Of a stretch of 64,000 nucleotides of DNA, positions 1 through 24,590 are shown one piece after another. Positions within the stretch are counted from its first letter, which is position 1. The number at the start of each line of letters is the position of its first letter. Source of the stretch: Catajapyx aquilonaris. Its lineage: Eukaryota. The DNA lies in the NCBI GenBank assembly GCA_000934665.2, contig KZ538093.1, forward strand, positions 1-64,000, given 5' to 3'. The notes under the pieces were generated by a model. The model saw only the letters and a program-made list of their open reading frames with translations. It was not told the DNA's origin and ran no database searches. The translations under genes and the position numbers were made by a program.

Positions 1-1455
1 TGATCGTCTTGGTCTATAGAACGTCTGTGCAAAGTGGCTTGCTTTCTGCAAGATTTTGCAGCATATGACCGTTTTTCCTGTTGTACCGCTTCCACTATTA
101 TACTGATCAGCTGAAAGGCTTTGTTACGGTCTTGGCCAAATCTGGCCAAATTCGAAGGTCATTTTGTGATTGGACGGAATGCCATTTTTGAGAGAGCTCG
201 ATTCAATAGCCGAGTTCAGAGGGATATTACTGACAGTGAGTCAGTAGCCTAGATGAATATATTGATCTGTATATTGTGTCTATGTGTAGAGAAAACTAGT
301 TATTTTTGAACAAAATATTTCAACTAATTGAATTGTGCAAAATAAAATGGTAAGATGTTACATCTGAAAGTAAGGTAAATATACCAATTTGTGGGCCCCT
401 CATTTTTCTAGTCCAATTTATGACCGCCTGTGGGAGAAATTCAATAACAAGAGTTCAGAACATAATTATAGCATAGCAATTAACTAACTTGGCAGCACCT
501 CCTACACTTATTTGACTACCTGTAGTGGGGTAAAGGTCAGGGGTGAGTTGGTTTTCAACAAATAAATATTAGAGTGTCGAGAGTGCTGCACAGCCACCGT
601 ATGTGCCAATTCCGTTAAGAGAAGAGTTTCGTTTAAAATCTTTTGACACATTTATTTTTAAATGGTGAAACAATTTGAAGGTTACAATAAGTATTTGAAG
701 ATCCCCTTTTCCTCTTGTGAATGTTTGTTCTAATTGTACCAAAGCAATGAGAGTTAGTGTGGGTGTCAGTAATTGGAGGCTGAAATTTGCCATTGGCCAA
801 ATGATGACACCCATGTAAACAATACGGTTTGCTAAATTTATATTCTTATTGTAGTAGTCTAATGAATACGCAAAGGGCCTAAATGGAACATTCACTGCAT
901 AAACAACTGCATGACTCAATGAACGAAATATTTATCCTGTCCCCATCCCCTGGGTCACCAGCATGTGGTATAGATATGGTTACCAGTGGACATTCCTCCT
1001 AGGACAGTATAGCTGACTTGAACGGGTACCAAAATGTAAGCTTGGACAAATAGACACACCTAACCATCAGTTGAATCTGTAACATGGTGCTACTGTGACT
1101 TCCATATAGGGGTCATTGACGAGAAATCTGCAAAGTCCAAAAAATCTAGAGACTTGACTCTGCACTTGCTTACATGCTGGTGAATACAGAAAATCCTGGT
1201 TTACTACTGGCTCATTATTAATCTTTAGAAGGGAGGCGAAGTGGCGCTGCACTAACGCACGCGCACTGATTGTAAATGACCTGACATGGAGAGTGATGCA
1301 GTACATTCAGTTGTTGTGTTGCTCCCTTGGAACTCCATGCATTAGACCACCTGAGATGGGTTCAGATGTGCCAGTTTTGTCATTCACAATGTTAAATCAT
1401 ATGAAAAAAGACAACAAGAGACATAAGACGCAATCAATTTTCAATCCATGTAGTA

Positions 1456-1621
1456 CAGGGTTGGACATAATTATATCCAGGCATACTACTAGTGACATCT
1501 TCTGAAGCAGCAGAAGAAGGAATCTTGCCCGCCCGGCTTGAAGTATCCTTATCTTCAATTCCTTTTTCTGCCACTTCGGAAAATGTCGCTAGCAGTATGC
1601 CTCGATTAATGTCCAACACTG
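1456..1621. mobile_element. Tc1/mariner-type MITE, copy 1
   Basis: TA|cagggttggacataat ... attaatgtccaacactg|TA, with internal arms also complementary. Confidence 0.65.
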
Positions 1622-1762
1622 TACCTGTAGCTTCCATGGTCACATGAAAATCAATTTACCATTTTACAAATTTGACTCAAACTGAGAGGTGGCAAACAAC
1701 TTGTCCCAGTCCAGTACCCATTAACATCATGTATTGGGTAGATTGTACTATTATTTCATGTA

Positions 1763-1973
1763 CAGTGCTGTAGATTATACTGACAGCAACATTTTTCGAG
1801 GCGGCAGAAGAGCACATCGAAGAGATGAAGTATGAGCTGTGCGAGTAAAAAATGGTGTCACCCAGGGCCTACCATTTCTTACTCGCATGGCTCGTACTTC
1901 ATCACTTCTGTGTGCTCTTGTGCCGCCTCAGAAAATGTTGCTGTCAGTACTCCGCCATTAATGTCCAGCACTG
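1763..1973. mobile_element. Tc1/mariner-type MITE, copy 2 (same family as 1456-1621)
   Basis: TA|cagtgctg ... cagcactg|TA; tactgacagcaacattt pairs with aaatgttgctgtcagta; right arm resembles copy 1. Confidence 0.6.
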
Positions 1974-4271
1974 TACCATGTGTGTAAGTTTTCACATGCA
2001 ACTGCATACATATGATATGCTTTCAGATGTAATATAGTGTGCTTTGATTTCCACAGGTTCTTTAAGGAGAAAATTATGCTACGTGCTTGCTGCCCCATTT
2101 ATTTAGATTTGTTTCTCACACAGATACATAGACCAAAATGAGTTTCGTGGCCACTGAACATGCAAATGGTTACTTTTACAACATGACACACATGGGCAAA
2201 TTCTGTTGGCACCCACAGGGAATCTTCTGTCCCCTCAGTCTTGTCAAAATCCAACCAATATCTCTCCTTCTGAATAACTACTAACCTACTTACCCAGTAG
2301 TAGGAGCTGGGTGTACCAAATCATTTCCAAATCTATGCGTATGGTACAAAAATAACAAGCAAAAGATTCATGCACACTGACAAATCTTTCACAATTCATC
2401 CTGTTGTTGAGCATCCTTTCGGTCAAACTGGCATCGATTATTATTAGTTCAATATTATGACCGGTGCCAAACCACAACCTCAGACAAACTCTACAATTAA
2501 AATGTGTAATAAATAGCATCCACAACAACGTGTATAGTTTAAATATGTATATAATTATATTTATTGAGATAATTAATCTACTTGTGGAAAAGGGCATTTT
2601 GCTTAATAAATTCTGCTTTGAGATGGAGCACCATTGCTTGGCCAAGAATTGGCCTAAGTCTTTGTACTCACACAACAAGAGTACAAGACCTTTGTGAATG
2701 TTAAGAAATCTGTCCTTTTTATAAAAGTTATTCATGTCACATTCCAAACACTGTCTCAAACCTGATTTATAGTGCTTTATTGTTTTAGCGTTTTTCAGAG
2801 CAACATATATTTTTAAAATCTGGTATGGCAATTAAATATTGTATATGAATAGAGAAGGCCCAAACTGCTGCATGTCACTTTATAGTGAGGCGAGCCAGAA
2901 TGGGTCACGGTTTTAAAATGGCACTGATGTATCCACAACATCCCACCAAAAACACTCTTAATAACACATTAAGATTAATAAGAGAAAAGGACAACACACA
3001 TAACATGGCCTTCAACCACACATTGATGCACCAACACACTTTGACAACAGTTTTGCTGCAACACCATACTGTGCATCTATTTTTTTGAGGGGTTTACTTT
3101 ATCATGAAGACAACAGTCAACTTCACAAGCAAAACATCTTTAACATTGCTACTGAGAGCCCCAGGGAACAGGAACATAAAATATATATGCTTTAAATATT
3201 AAATTTTTGACCCATAAATTTCTGTAACTTGTATGCAGAGATTACTGCAGTTATTACAATGTTTCAAACAAAACATTCTGAATGATATAGTATGAATACT
3301 ATAAAATTACAAGGAAACCTGTCAGAAGGTCACATTTCAATGTCAACTATGTCCAGAGTAAAGGGAAAGTAGTGTACTATATCTTTTATAAATCAAATTG
3401 ATACATCACAGATTTGTGAAAAAGTAATAATCTGCATGGTCCCCTAGAGCAGGATTACTTCAGAAGCATGGCCAAGTTGTCACAATGCAGGTTGCAGTAG
3501 AAGGCTCTTTAGGCTCAGACCAAAGAAGTGGATCTGTTTGCTACTCCATTTGCACTCTAGGGATCCTGTAAAATTGGTTTCAAACAGATCGTAGTTCGTC
3601 CCTAATAATTTTCGCAAATTTGATAATTAGGGCCATAAGAAATTACACTATGTTTCATCAGAAAATAATTACTAAAACGCAGCTACTCCACTCCTGATGG
3701 AATGTGACCTAGAGCACAAGGATCCCTGCTAGTTCTGATAAAATTATGTACCTATTGCCCCAAGGCCTCTAATTGATTATTTTGTAAAACGAGGTATGTG
3801 TCTGTCTGTGGTGGCAGCATAACATTCCATGGAACTACTATTAACTACCACCACTATGGAAGGGATGTTAAGTTCAAGTCATTGGAAAGTAATTTTTCTG
3901 CTCTTGTGCTTTCCACAGCCACCCAGTACAAACTTTGCTGGTTAGCACAAGTGTGGAACAAATACATGGTGTGCATGTGCTGCCATGTTAAATTAACTCC
4001 AGCTATTTATCCTATGCAATTTTCAGATCTGTATAAATAAATAAAAAATGTGAAGCATGCTATATTGCACAAATACTTCTTTCTTCCATCTACGCTACTG
4101 TAACACAGAATGTGTGGCAGTGGGTACACAAGAGCGTCTAATGTCCTCAGTCTTTACGTTGCTATGCATTGTTGTTATGGAAGCATCTGCATGCAAATGC
4201 AAGCATGCCCAGCTAAGTGACATCAGCAGCAATTATTATTACTGTATTTCAGTTCACTAGCTAGCCTACTC

Positions 4272-4365
4272 TGATGCACCAATGTACATATGGTGCACCT
4301 TACCAAAGAGTACAACTATGATGCACCAAATTACTTATGGTGTGCCTTATCAAAAGCACATCTAC
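4272..4365. repeat. Two-copy ~47-bp tandem duplication in the putative 3' UTR
   Basis: tgatgcaccaa..tatggtg..cctta.caaa...aca.cta repeated twice with several substitutions. Confidence 0.6.
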
Positions 4366-4535
4366 ACCCAACTTCGTATCAGTTAACTTTTGCCTGAATA
4401 ATTAGAAAGGACCATTTGCTTCCTATCATGTGCAAGAAGGTACCCACACAAGAACACAAGTGTACAGTACACCCAAACACAACACCAGTGCTAACTCAAA
4501 TTGCCCCTCTCTTAACAACACATCCAATTGCCTAA

Positions 4536-16017
<11,482 letters not shown>

Positions 16018-16314
16018 CTGTAAGAATAAAAATCATATTAACAACTCGAAAATGACATTTTAAGTAATAGTTTCCACGATAAAAACCGACACTCCCGTTG
16101 TCTTCTGGAGACACATTTTTAATCCTAATAGATCACCAACGCAGATGTACCTCCCAGAGGATTATACGTGCGACCAACAAAAAATAAAAATATCAGGCGT
16201 GACACACCGGCAGGGCAGCACAAAAAGGTCAATTTGAGTCGCACCTCGCGGCTTGATGGACCCACCAGTGATGTTCTGAGATGGCTGACGACCCTGCCGG
16301 CTGACCTCACTTAC

Positions 16315-16470
16315 TTCACTTCTTTCCTCTCCCGGAAGGCTATGCCGAGATTATGGCAAAGATGTTCCGTCGCCTGCCATGAGAACAAAGACGCCGCTTA
16401 CGAAAAGAATCCGCGGAGAAGCCAGCATTCCGAGCCTTCTACATTTTATGCCAGAGCTCGCTTTTAGTCC
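16315..16470 (-). promoter_or_regulatory. Probable proximal non-coding first exon/promoter of TANC/rols, with a 9-codon uORF
   Basis: Donor GAA|gtaagt at 16315/16314, 297 nt from the RING exon acceptor. An in-frame TGA just before the donor forces use of ATG 15994. uORF ATG..TAA at 16380-16351; CpG-rich; 5' boundary uncertain. Confidence 0.45.
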
Positions 16471-17704
16471 CAACTTACGGCCCATTCATGTCACTCTCCT
16501 TTAATTAATGCATAATATATGCCGTCAGAAAATACAGAGTACTTTATGGTATTTCGTGTACTTTGTGTTACTAAAGGCGCCTCCTCCTAACATTTCTTCT
16601 GACCAACCAATAATTTGTCTCCACAATGTTCATGTGTAATGTTAATTGAAAAGGATACGGACAGTTAAATCAAGAACATCGTAATGCAAACTTGTTCGAC
16701 TTGAATGTGCACGAGAATCTTCCTGGGGGGTCAACAATGCCTAACTGAGATTATTTTTTTGGAAGCCTTCCGCTATCCGGTATACGAGAGAATGCACTTT
16801 GTAGGCGAATGTTTACGTGTGCAGACAGCTCAGCAGATTCGAAATGAGTGCTTCACAAGCTGGCATTAAGTGCAATTATTATAACGTTCATATTATAACA
16901 GGCCTGCCTCCTATAATTGTTTCAAGTCACGTTTTCCCCCCTCATCCTACCGCTTTTGTTATGCGTAACAACAAGTGATCGAATCATCAGTGCAATTACC
17001 TGTCAAACGTGCAGCACCTCATTTGCTAGCATTACGTAATTTTTTTCGCAATACATAACAGTATTCAGTAGTACCTATAGCATCACAAAACTAGGGCTTC
17101 ATCTTCATTTTGAGAACGTTCTTGTTCAGAAATAATTGCACTTCAAGTATTACGACACTAATTGAATAGGCACCAACAGGAAAAAGCCATACACAAGACA
17201 TGAGCGGTGAATAAAAATGAAATACGCGCCCTTTTACGAGCCACGAGGCTTCGATTCGAACCATCAATTATGGGAGGCCACACTGAAGAAACTCCCTTTG
17301 CGTAGAAAGTGCTTCACGACCCTCTCTTATTTTTTTTGTCACCACTTGAACAGTACACGTCCCATGCACCATGTTGATTAACTGAACCCTAACAACTTGA
17401 TTGTTAATGAAGAGTTCGCTTGATTCTACGTTCCCTACTGGGTGTCACGTTACATGGGCTGAGACTGATTTGCTGGTGACACCCCGACAGCTACTCAATG
17501 GTTCACCAATTTCGACGAAAACCGGACTCCGCACCTGGTCTGAGAGGACAGTGACATTACCGTGCAACCGACTGAATTATTCAAGAGGTCGACTTTCAAA
17601 TTCTACCCAATTTCAGCTGTCAATGTGTCAAATGAACGAGTGATTGACAGATTCGCTGGTGTCCTTTGCTGGTCATGTATGACGTCCTTCGCTCTTCCAC
17701 TCAC

Positions 17705-17882
17705 CATGCCTGTGGGAGCCTAAGAAATACCAAAAGCCACATGCCTGTACGGTACGTAACTCTGGTGCCACACCATTCTCGTGTACGGTCCATTGCTCCT
17801 CCCCATCCGAAGGATTAATTCGTTCACAACCGCATTTTTTACGCAAGGCTAACCAGAAGAAAGCCTGAAGCCACTCATTCAT
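17705..17882 (-). CDS. Candidate alternative first coding exon (MNEWLQAFFWLALRKK...GSHRH|D, 59 aa)
   Basis: ORF 17673-17882 contains a consensus donor G|gtgagt at phase 1 after codon 59. Confidence 0.45.
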
Positions 17883-20800
17883 TTAGTTTCTCCAGCCATT
17901 TGCATTGCTTTTTCTTCGTGCCCACCGCCATGGGCGTCGACCAATCAAAGCGTGAACATGAATCAATCAAATGGTCCTGAGGTACGGGGGGCACACTTAC
18001 TAATGCTGGCCATTTACTTCCAAGGTTTCACATCGCAGCTGAGCTTGCACTGCAAACAAGGAGCCATAGTTTAAGAGTGGAAGCGTGAAAAATAAATTTT
18101 GTCGAATCAAAGTTCACTCCAGCGTGGGCGGTAACCAATCACGATGGGCTTTGTCTCGCAGATATAACACTCAACTGGAAGTCCAGACATTTATTGCGAT
18201 TAGGAAGAACCCGACAACAATAGGCTCTGTCATTATAAGTGAATAATAAAATAAAATAAGAAGTTATTTTATTTGACACGCTCTTAGAAGATGGCTCTTC
18301 GTGATCCAACATCTTCCATTTGTTAAAAGAGGCATCATTACACCTCCTGGGCCGACTTTTTCCCCATCTGACATTATTCTTGTCCCGTTGCGTGACTGAC
18401 AGAATTAGTCTCACACGAATAGATTCTCACGAAACACCTGCTGACATGACCTAAATATGGCTCCACACCTCCCAAATGGAATCCTCAACAATCACCATTT
18501 AGGACCATTTGACCATAGTTGTACATTTCACGCGGGCGTTCAAATTACTCACGACCAATCGACTTGCCACGCTTTTCTATGGCTTCGAATAAGGATGCCA
18601 CACCATTTTGTTTTTATTTACAGCCTTGTGGCCATTTTGAAGCAATAAAAAAATATTTCCATGCATATTCGTTGTCATCATTTTCAACCGAATGTCAGTG
18701 TGTCGTCATCTTAACTGCAACGTTGCATCAGCACACCCACGTGACAATTGCACTTACCATCTGCTCCACCTACTATAGAGTACCGGTAACTTATATGGAG
18801 CGAAGTAATTCGCAAGAGTATGGCCCGTAGAAGACGAGCTTTACTTGTCCTCTTTCAAATATTTACAAAAGTAAAGTGCTGGTCATTGCGATGAAAGGAA
18901 AGAAAAGAAGTAATTCGTGCGGACCACTCACTGTTACTTTCATCTTCTTGCATGGAAACGCTCATTTCGACCCGACACAAAAAGCATAAATAAAATATAC
19001 GATGCAGAGAAGAGCCAGAAGACTTTCATCCACCGTTTGTCTCGCTCTTTGTCGTTTGCCTGGATTTATGTCAATTGTAATTTTTTCTGCCCTCCCACCC
19101 CCTGCCTCTCTCTACACACACCACCACCCAAAATGGATGTAAAAAATTAAAAGGAAGATCCCACGATCTTTTAGTGTGTACCTGTCACGCTCTGACTACA
19201 GATGCCCACACAAACATGAGACCTCTCCCGACCTCTTGAAGTGTAGGAACAAACAGGGCCATCAATCAACAAGACTAAAAGCTCGTATACATCCATACAC
19301 AACCGTGATATTTTATTCCCAAATTCAACGGCATAGCGCACTTACGCAGTTACTTTTACGTGTAACCATCCCAAATCAGCCACTGTCTGGCTTACAGTTA
19401 CAAAAAAAAATGGATAGCGACCAACATCTTAACAGATTTTAATATTTAAAAATATACTCAGCCCATTCTTATAAATGCATAAGAACGTCAACTCACGGTG
19501 AAGGCATACTCGATAACAATGCTGAGGTCGGTGTTGTGCATGTGGAATTTCACTGACAGCAAAATAAGATTAAGCTAGAGGCAACTGCACCGAGAACGTG
19601 ACTTCTACACTTGCCTGAAGGGACAAAATTTCAACTCATACTCCTGGTGAAATTATAATGGGAACAGCCCCATGATATCAGAGTGGAAGAATCCTCAAGC
19701 TATAGCTTATGAACAAGTAGTGAGAGATGACTAAAATTATTGACGCGCCCATAAGCAGGTCAAGCAAAACCAAGAACATTGGGAAATAATCACATCTTTA
19801 TAACAGCTTTATACTGCAAGATTTATCATATGTGACACCATGCATAAAAAGAAAAGCCATATATGGACATATCTTCTTGCTGCATGCCATCTAGTGAAAC
19901 TAAAATGTTGTACAGCAACTGTTGGCATAGCTTCAATTGCCTCTCACGCTCATTGCTGTGTAATAAGAATTCGAAAGCTTCGTTGTCGATGATAATGAGT
20001 GTCTCTTTTTTTAGTAGTAGGGGTAGAGGAAGGTAAAGCACATCCTATCCATCAGCCAAGGATAAACTCCTACGCAACAGCTCCCAACCCATACGCACCT
20101 TAGTTTATTCGACTAACATTCCACAACAAAGTTCAACCTGATCAGAATTCACCACGAGTCCTTTTTACCCCAAGTCTCATCAAAGACACTGTCCCAAGCT
20201 TGAAAATTACGTGACTTTCATTTCCGAGACTATTGGCGTATGTCGTTACGACACCAAACCCTTCAGGTTTCCATACAAGGATATCTGAGCAGTTGTCCAT
20301 ACTATCCCTCTCCCACCTCCTTTCTGACCCACTGCTTATTGAATGAGTAAAACCAGCTTCTGGAAACCGTAGCATTCCCCAAATTGGCAATGTTTAGGTT
20401 CGAACCTTGCGAAGTGTTAACTCATTCACAAAACGAGTCCTCCAGAAGGTCTCAAGTGAAAAACTTACGATATCAAGATACCCCCACAACCTCCACATAT
20501 CTATATCGGCTTCAGGCTTATCCAGTATAATTCTGGGTCATTGCATCCCCTAGACAGCGAGGTTTCAGGTATCCTTGAAGTATGGGGGGGGGGGGGGNGG
20601 AAACCACCTTCGATAATAATATGCCTATACCGGTCGGTAGTTTCTCCACTTATTAAAGCGGAAGTTTTCCCCCTGCCTGGACCACATCGTGGGAGGTCAC
20701 CAGTTTCAGGTCACCTTTGAAAAAATCAGGGGGGACCAGGAGAGAAACATGTGTAGCCTGCTGCGAAGCTAATCTGCACTAGAAACGATTTCCACACCCA

Positions 20801-22677
20801 CAACGTCTCAATGGTTCCAACAATAATTTTTGGTCATGTCGCCCTGTCCACCCATAACGTTGGAAATGCTCCGATTTGGCCTCGCCAAGTGACACCCCAA
20901 AACACAAGGAAACAAAAAGGATAGCCTTTCCTGCTGGGAACGTCCTTATGAATGGCCTGTGGTTTCCAAGCAATTTCCATTCCGTGAATGAAATCGAGCC
21001 TTGTGGTAATGGCAACACAAGGCGTTTTCTTTTTTCTTTCTCTATTCCCCCTGCAGGCAACTACAACAGGGGTGGAGTCACTGGCTTTAAGAAAAAGCCA
21101 TCCAGGATGGTATTCAAGGCCTTCTTTAGCACCTGGAGTAGCACATGAGACATCTATCCGAGCTCGTAAATCTCGATGCTATCGTAGCTGACGGTTTTTT
21201 TTCTTTTTTTTCGGATTGGACCAGCCAGTAGCCAACACCGCCTTCAACCCTCCTTAGTAATGGGGCTCTTTTCCATTCATTATATCCTGGCTCCTGATTC
21301 CTCTTTCTTTTGTCTGCTTTTTATGACCACAACAAGAGAACACCTTCACCATTAAAAAAATACAGGGTGAAAAAAAATAAACCTACTCTATCCTTGAAAA
21401 GGTATCAATTAGTCCTGTCAGGTGTCAGCTATTTTTGGATCTCACTAGGTGGCAGCAAATCATCTCTTCAAATTGCCCTTTACCCCGACCGTGACCCAGA
21501 CAGTTCTTATTTCATCTTGCTGTCCCAACATGCATCAATCACTTCCTGAAAACGCTAATTATTATAGCCGTACGTTAACAGGCCAGGTCAAGGTGCGCGA
21601 CTACAGGAAAAAAACTGTCTTAACAATAAAAATGAAGCAATCTCCACTAACCCATCCAACAATCAAAATCGTCACAAGTTTTAAATGTGCCTATGTCCAA
21701 TCCCTACTGTTTTTAATGCCTACTTAGAACGTACGGGTTATTGCTGGCTATTTGGAGAGAGCGAGTGGTTACAGACTCCGAGTGTAATTGCACATGTAGC
21801 GGCAGCCCCACCTAGGCAAAACTTCCAACCTAAGAGCTGAAATTACATGGCAGTCATTACGGTACAGGGTATATAGTTTCCCCCAACGCAAACACTAAAA
21901 AAAACTGGTAATTCCGACTCGTCTTTATGACCACTGCATTGCGCGTCCTGCGAGATGGGTTAGCGATTACTAGGGAAAGGCTTCTTCGAAATTGTAGACA
22001 ACTTAACAAGACGATGACAATTACATTTTGTTTTATACGCCCCTAAGTTCGGTTAGTACATCATAACAATATATATACGATGGACTTGCACCCTGGGTCC
22101 AACACCGTAAAGCACTGCAATTGTGAAACACGCCCCATACTATTGCGCCACCTCGTAACAAAAGCAACACACCCTAATGTTCCTCCAATCAAAATGGCTC
22201 AATCAAGTCTTGCAACATAAAAAAAAGCGACTCGTAGTTCAAGAGACGAATTCCATGTTGTAAAGCCTCCCCCATCCATTCTCGCCATCTAAGAAACACC
22301 AATTAGCTACAGACGACAGCAGAAATGTGGCACGACTGGGCACTGATAGCTTTTTGAGCATGGTCAAATGAACTGGAACGTCGCCTACGAACAAAAACCA
22401 GCTGGTCACATTGCGATTGTGCCCATCGGATTGCTCACTCAAAAGGCCTGTCAACTACCCCAACCACGTCTTAATTCACAAACAATCGCAATCAACTCAT
22501 TCAAAATATCAGACTTTTCCAGGACAGAAATATTAGGTTGCAAAATTAGATACAACATACAGTGTCAGTAGGAGCGGTTTCTAAGGCGACAACAACCTTC
22601 TGGGCCTACACCAAGGCGATCTGTGGGTCGTACCAGAAGGACGTTTTTTTTTTTCTAGTTCCCCCACGCAGTCATAC

Positions 22678-22741
22678 CGATTCTACCCAATTCATATACA
22701 TAGCCCCCAACAGTTTGGTTAACTAGTTTCCAGATAAACAT
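22678..22741 (-). CDS. Candidate alternative first coding exon (MFIWKLVNQTVGGYVYELGRI|D)
   Basis: acgATG at 22741, 21 codons + 1 nt, donor G|gtatga, phase 1; CpG-rich, purine-rich leader immediately upstream (22742-23050). Confidence 0.5.
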
Positions 22742-24362
22742 CGTTCGATTTCCTGAAGCTGTGCCCTTGTGCGCAAAGCCGCTCTTCGCATTCTTTCTTC
22801 AGCATTTTTCCCACAAGTCCTGCGCATTTCTTGGATTCTTCTCACACTGAAAACTCGTCTCTGATGGACCCTGCCGCCTTTGCTTTCCCCTGTATAAATT
22901 CGGTCAGATTCGATCCCACGTTTTGCTTCCAACTACCGGTCTGTCATGTCCTCATATATTTTCTCGCTTCACAAATATGCGATTTTTCCTTACTCTCGCT
23001 TCCCACTGATTGGCTTGTTGTCGCAACTCATGGCCAATCCGGGCTAGCAAGCTGACAACACCTAGGTATCCGCGAATAATGCACTTGGCATAAATCTCCA
23101 TTTTTATTGTGGCGTCTCTGTCTACGAGCATGAAATTAGATTTTTAACCGCCTTTTCAGGCGAGACTTTACGCTCATCTAATCTGGAAGCGATTTTTAGC
23201 TCCGTGTAATACCATCCAACCAGTTTTTCTTCCTACAGGGCTATGCACGTCCCAAGATAGCAACAATCCTGTAGAAACCCCTTTCGCTACCGAACTTATC
23301 TACAGCTGATTTTACAGTCCCAGTCACGAACTACACTTGAAAAAAAAAAGGCACGCACGTGGCCGAACCAATATCTGCCATTTTATCTTTATTTGCGAGA
23401 AGCCCAAAAATGGCGCCTATCCACTTGTCCCCAATCTAATTCGGAGACCACTTGAAGCACTGACAATCAACTTGCTTTTTGGTCCGACGATAATGATGAC
23501 GCTCGAGACCCCTACAAGACGTGATTCTCAAACGACCATCCCTCACCCTCATCCAAGACGCCAAAAAAAAAAAAAAAAAAAGGTGCGCAATAAAAAATAA
23601 GAAAGCTAGGACCTAACAAAGAGGAGGTCAACACTCGAGTGCTATCCGGCATGAAGAGTGGGTGTGAGGTGTGAGAGATGGGCGGAGACAAAACGTCAGA
23701 GTTCAGGTGCACACTTGATGAATCTTATTCCCAAAAATGGGAATATATTCAGGTGCTAATTACGCAGAATTCATAAATCTTGACCAGTACCATNCCCCCC
23801 CCTCACGATTCCAAGAAGGTAATGACTGCTCCTCCTGAAAGAGACCCCCATTAGGATAATGCTCAGGTGAACCGGAGGACCACTTTCAGGTGTAGCACCA
23901 CGGTGGGTGCACGTTGGCATACTCACCACAAATTGAAACGTCAGATTACTGGCGTCCTGAGTCAGATGCGTGTGGAGAGGACCGGGGGTTCCTAAGAAAC
24001 CATCTCTACCAAAATAAAAGACAGCATCCCTCCTATATGGACTGATCATAAAGGAAGCTGAGAACCAAGTCACGCCCCTCCACTCACTTGCCAGGTAAAG
24101 TCATTCTCTTTGGGAAAAAGCTGCAGGCGACATGCTTTTTTCTCCATCTGAATTGCATTCTTCTATACGCTCCATTCTGTTTCTACTATCCCAGGGAACA
24201 ATCGTGTCGTTTTTTTTGTGTGCTTTACGAGGGAGACAACTATATGGGATGAAAAGAAATCCGGACAGAGCCACGTTACAACCTACTATTTAAAAAATGT
24301 TCGTTTCAAAAATAAATTTTGACTGGTGTTATTATTTGGAACTAATCATAAAATGACCATGT

Positions 24363-24590
24363 GTGTTGCATAACTACTGTATACGGTGCGGTATCATGCA
24401 TGTGCTCTTGAATATTGATTGCTGCCTTCAAGTTGTCGGAAGCTACGCAGGAAAATGGCCTCATCCTGCATGAAATCAGTTTCACACGCAATTGATGTAA
24501 CAGCTACTGCGTCAAGTTTTCACGGGGGTACGCAATTATAGCCATTCACGGTAATAACCACACCTGCTCCCTGTATAATCACGCTAATGC
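24363..24590 (+). repeat. Dispersed direct repeat, copy A
   Basis: Shares aaaatggcctca..tgcatgaaatcagtttcacacgcaat.gatg..gcaattat.gccattcacgg.aataaccac..aatcacgctaatgc with 41177-41425. Confidence 0.8.

Noticed and set aside
2286..2831. 181-aa minus-strand ORF
   Set aside because: AT-rich, low-complexity translation with no domain; lies in the probable 3' UTR or flank of TANC.
4033..4047. Plus-strand AATAAA cluster
   Set aside because: Wrong strand for TANC, and no plus-strand gene is visible in the window.
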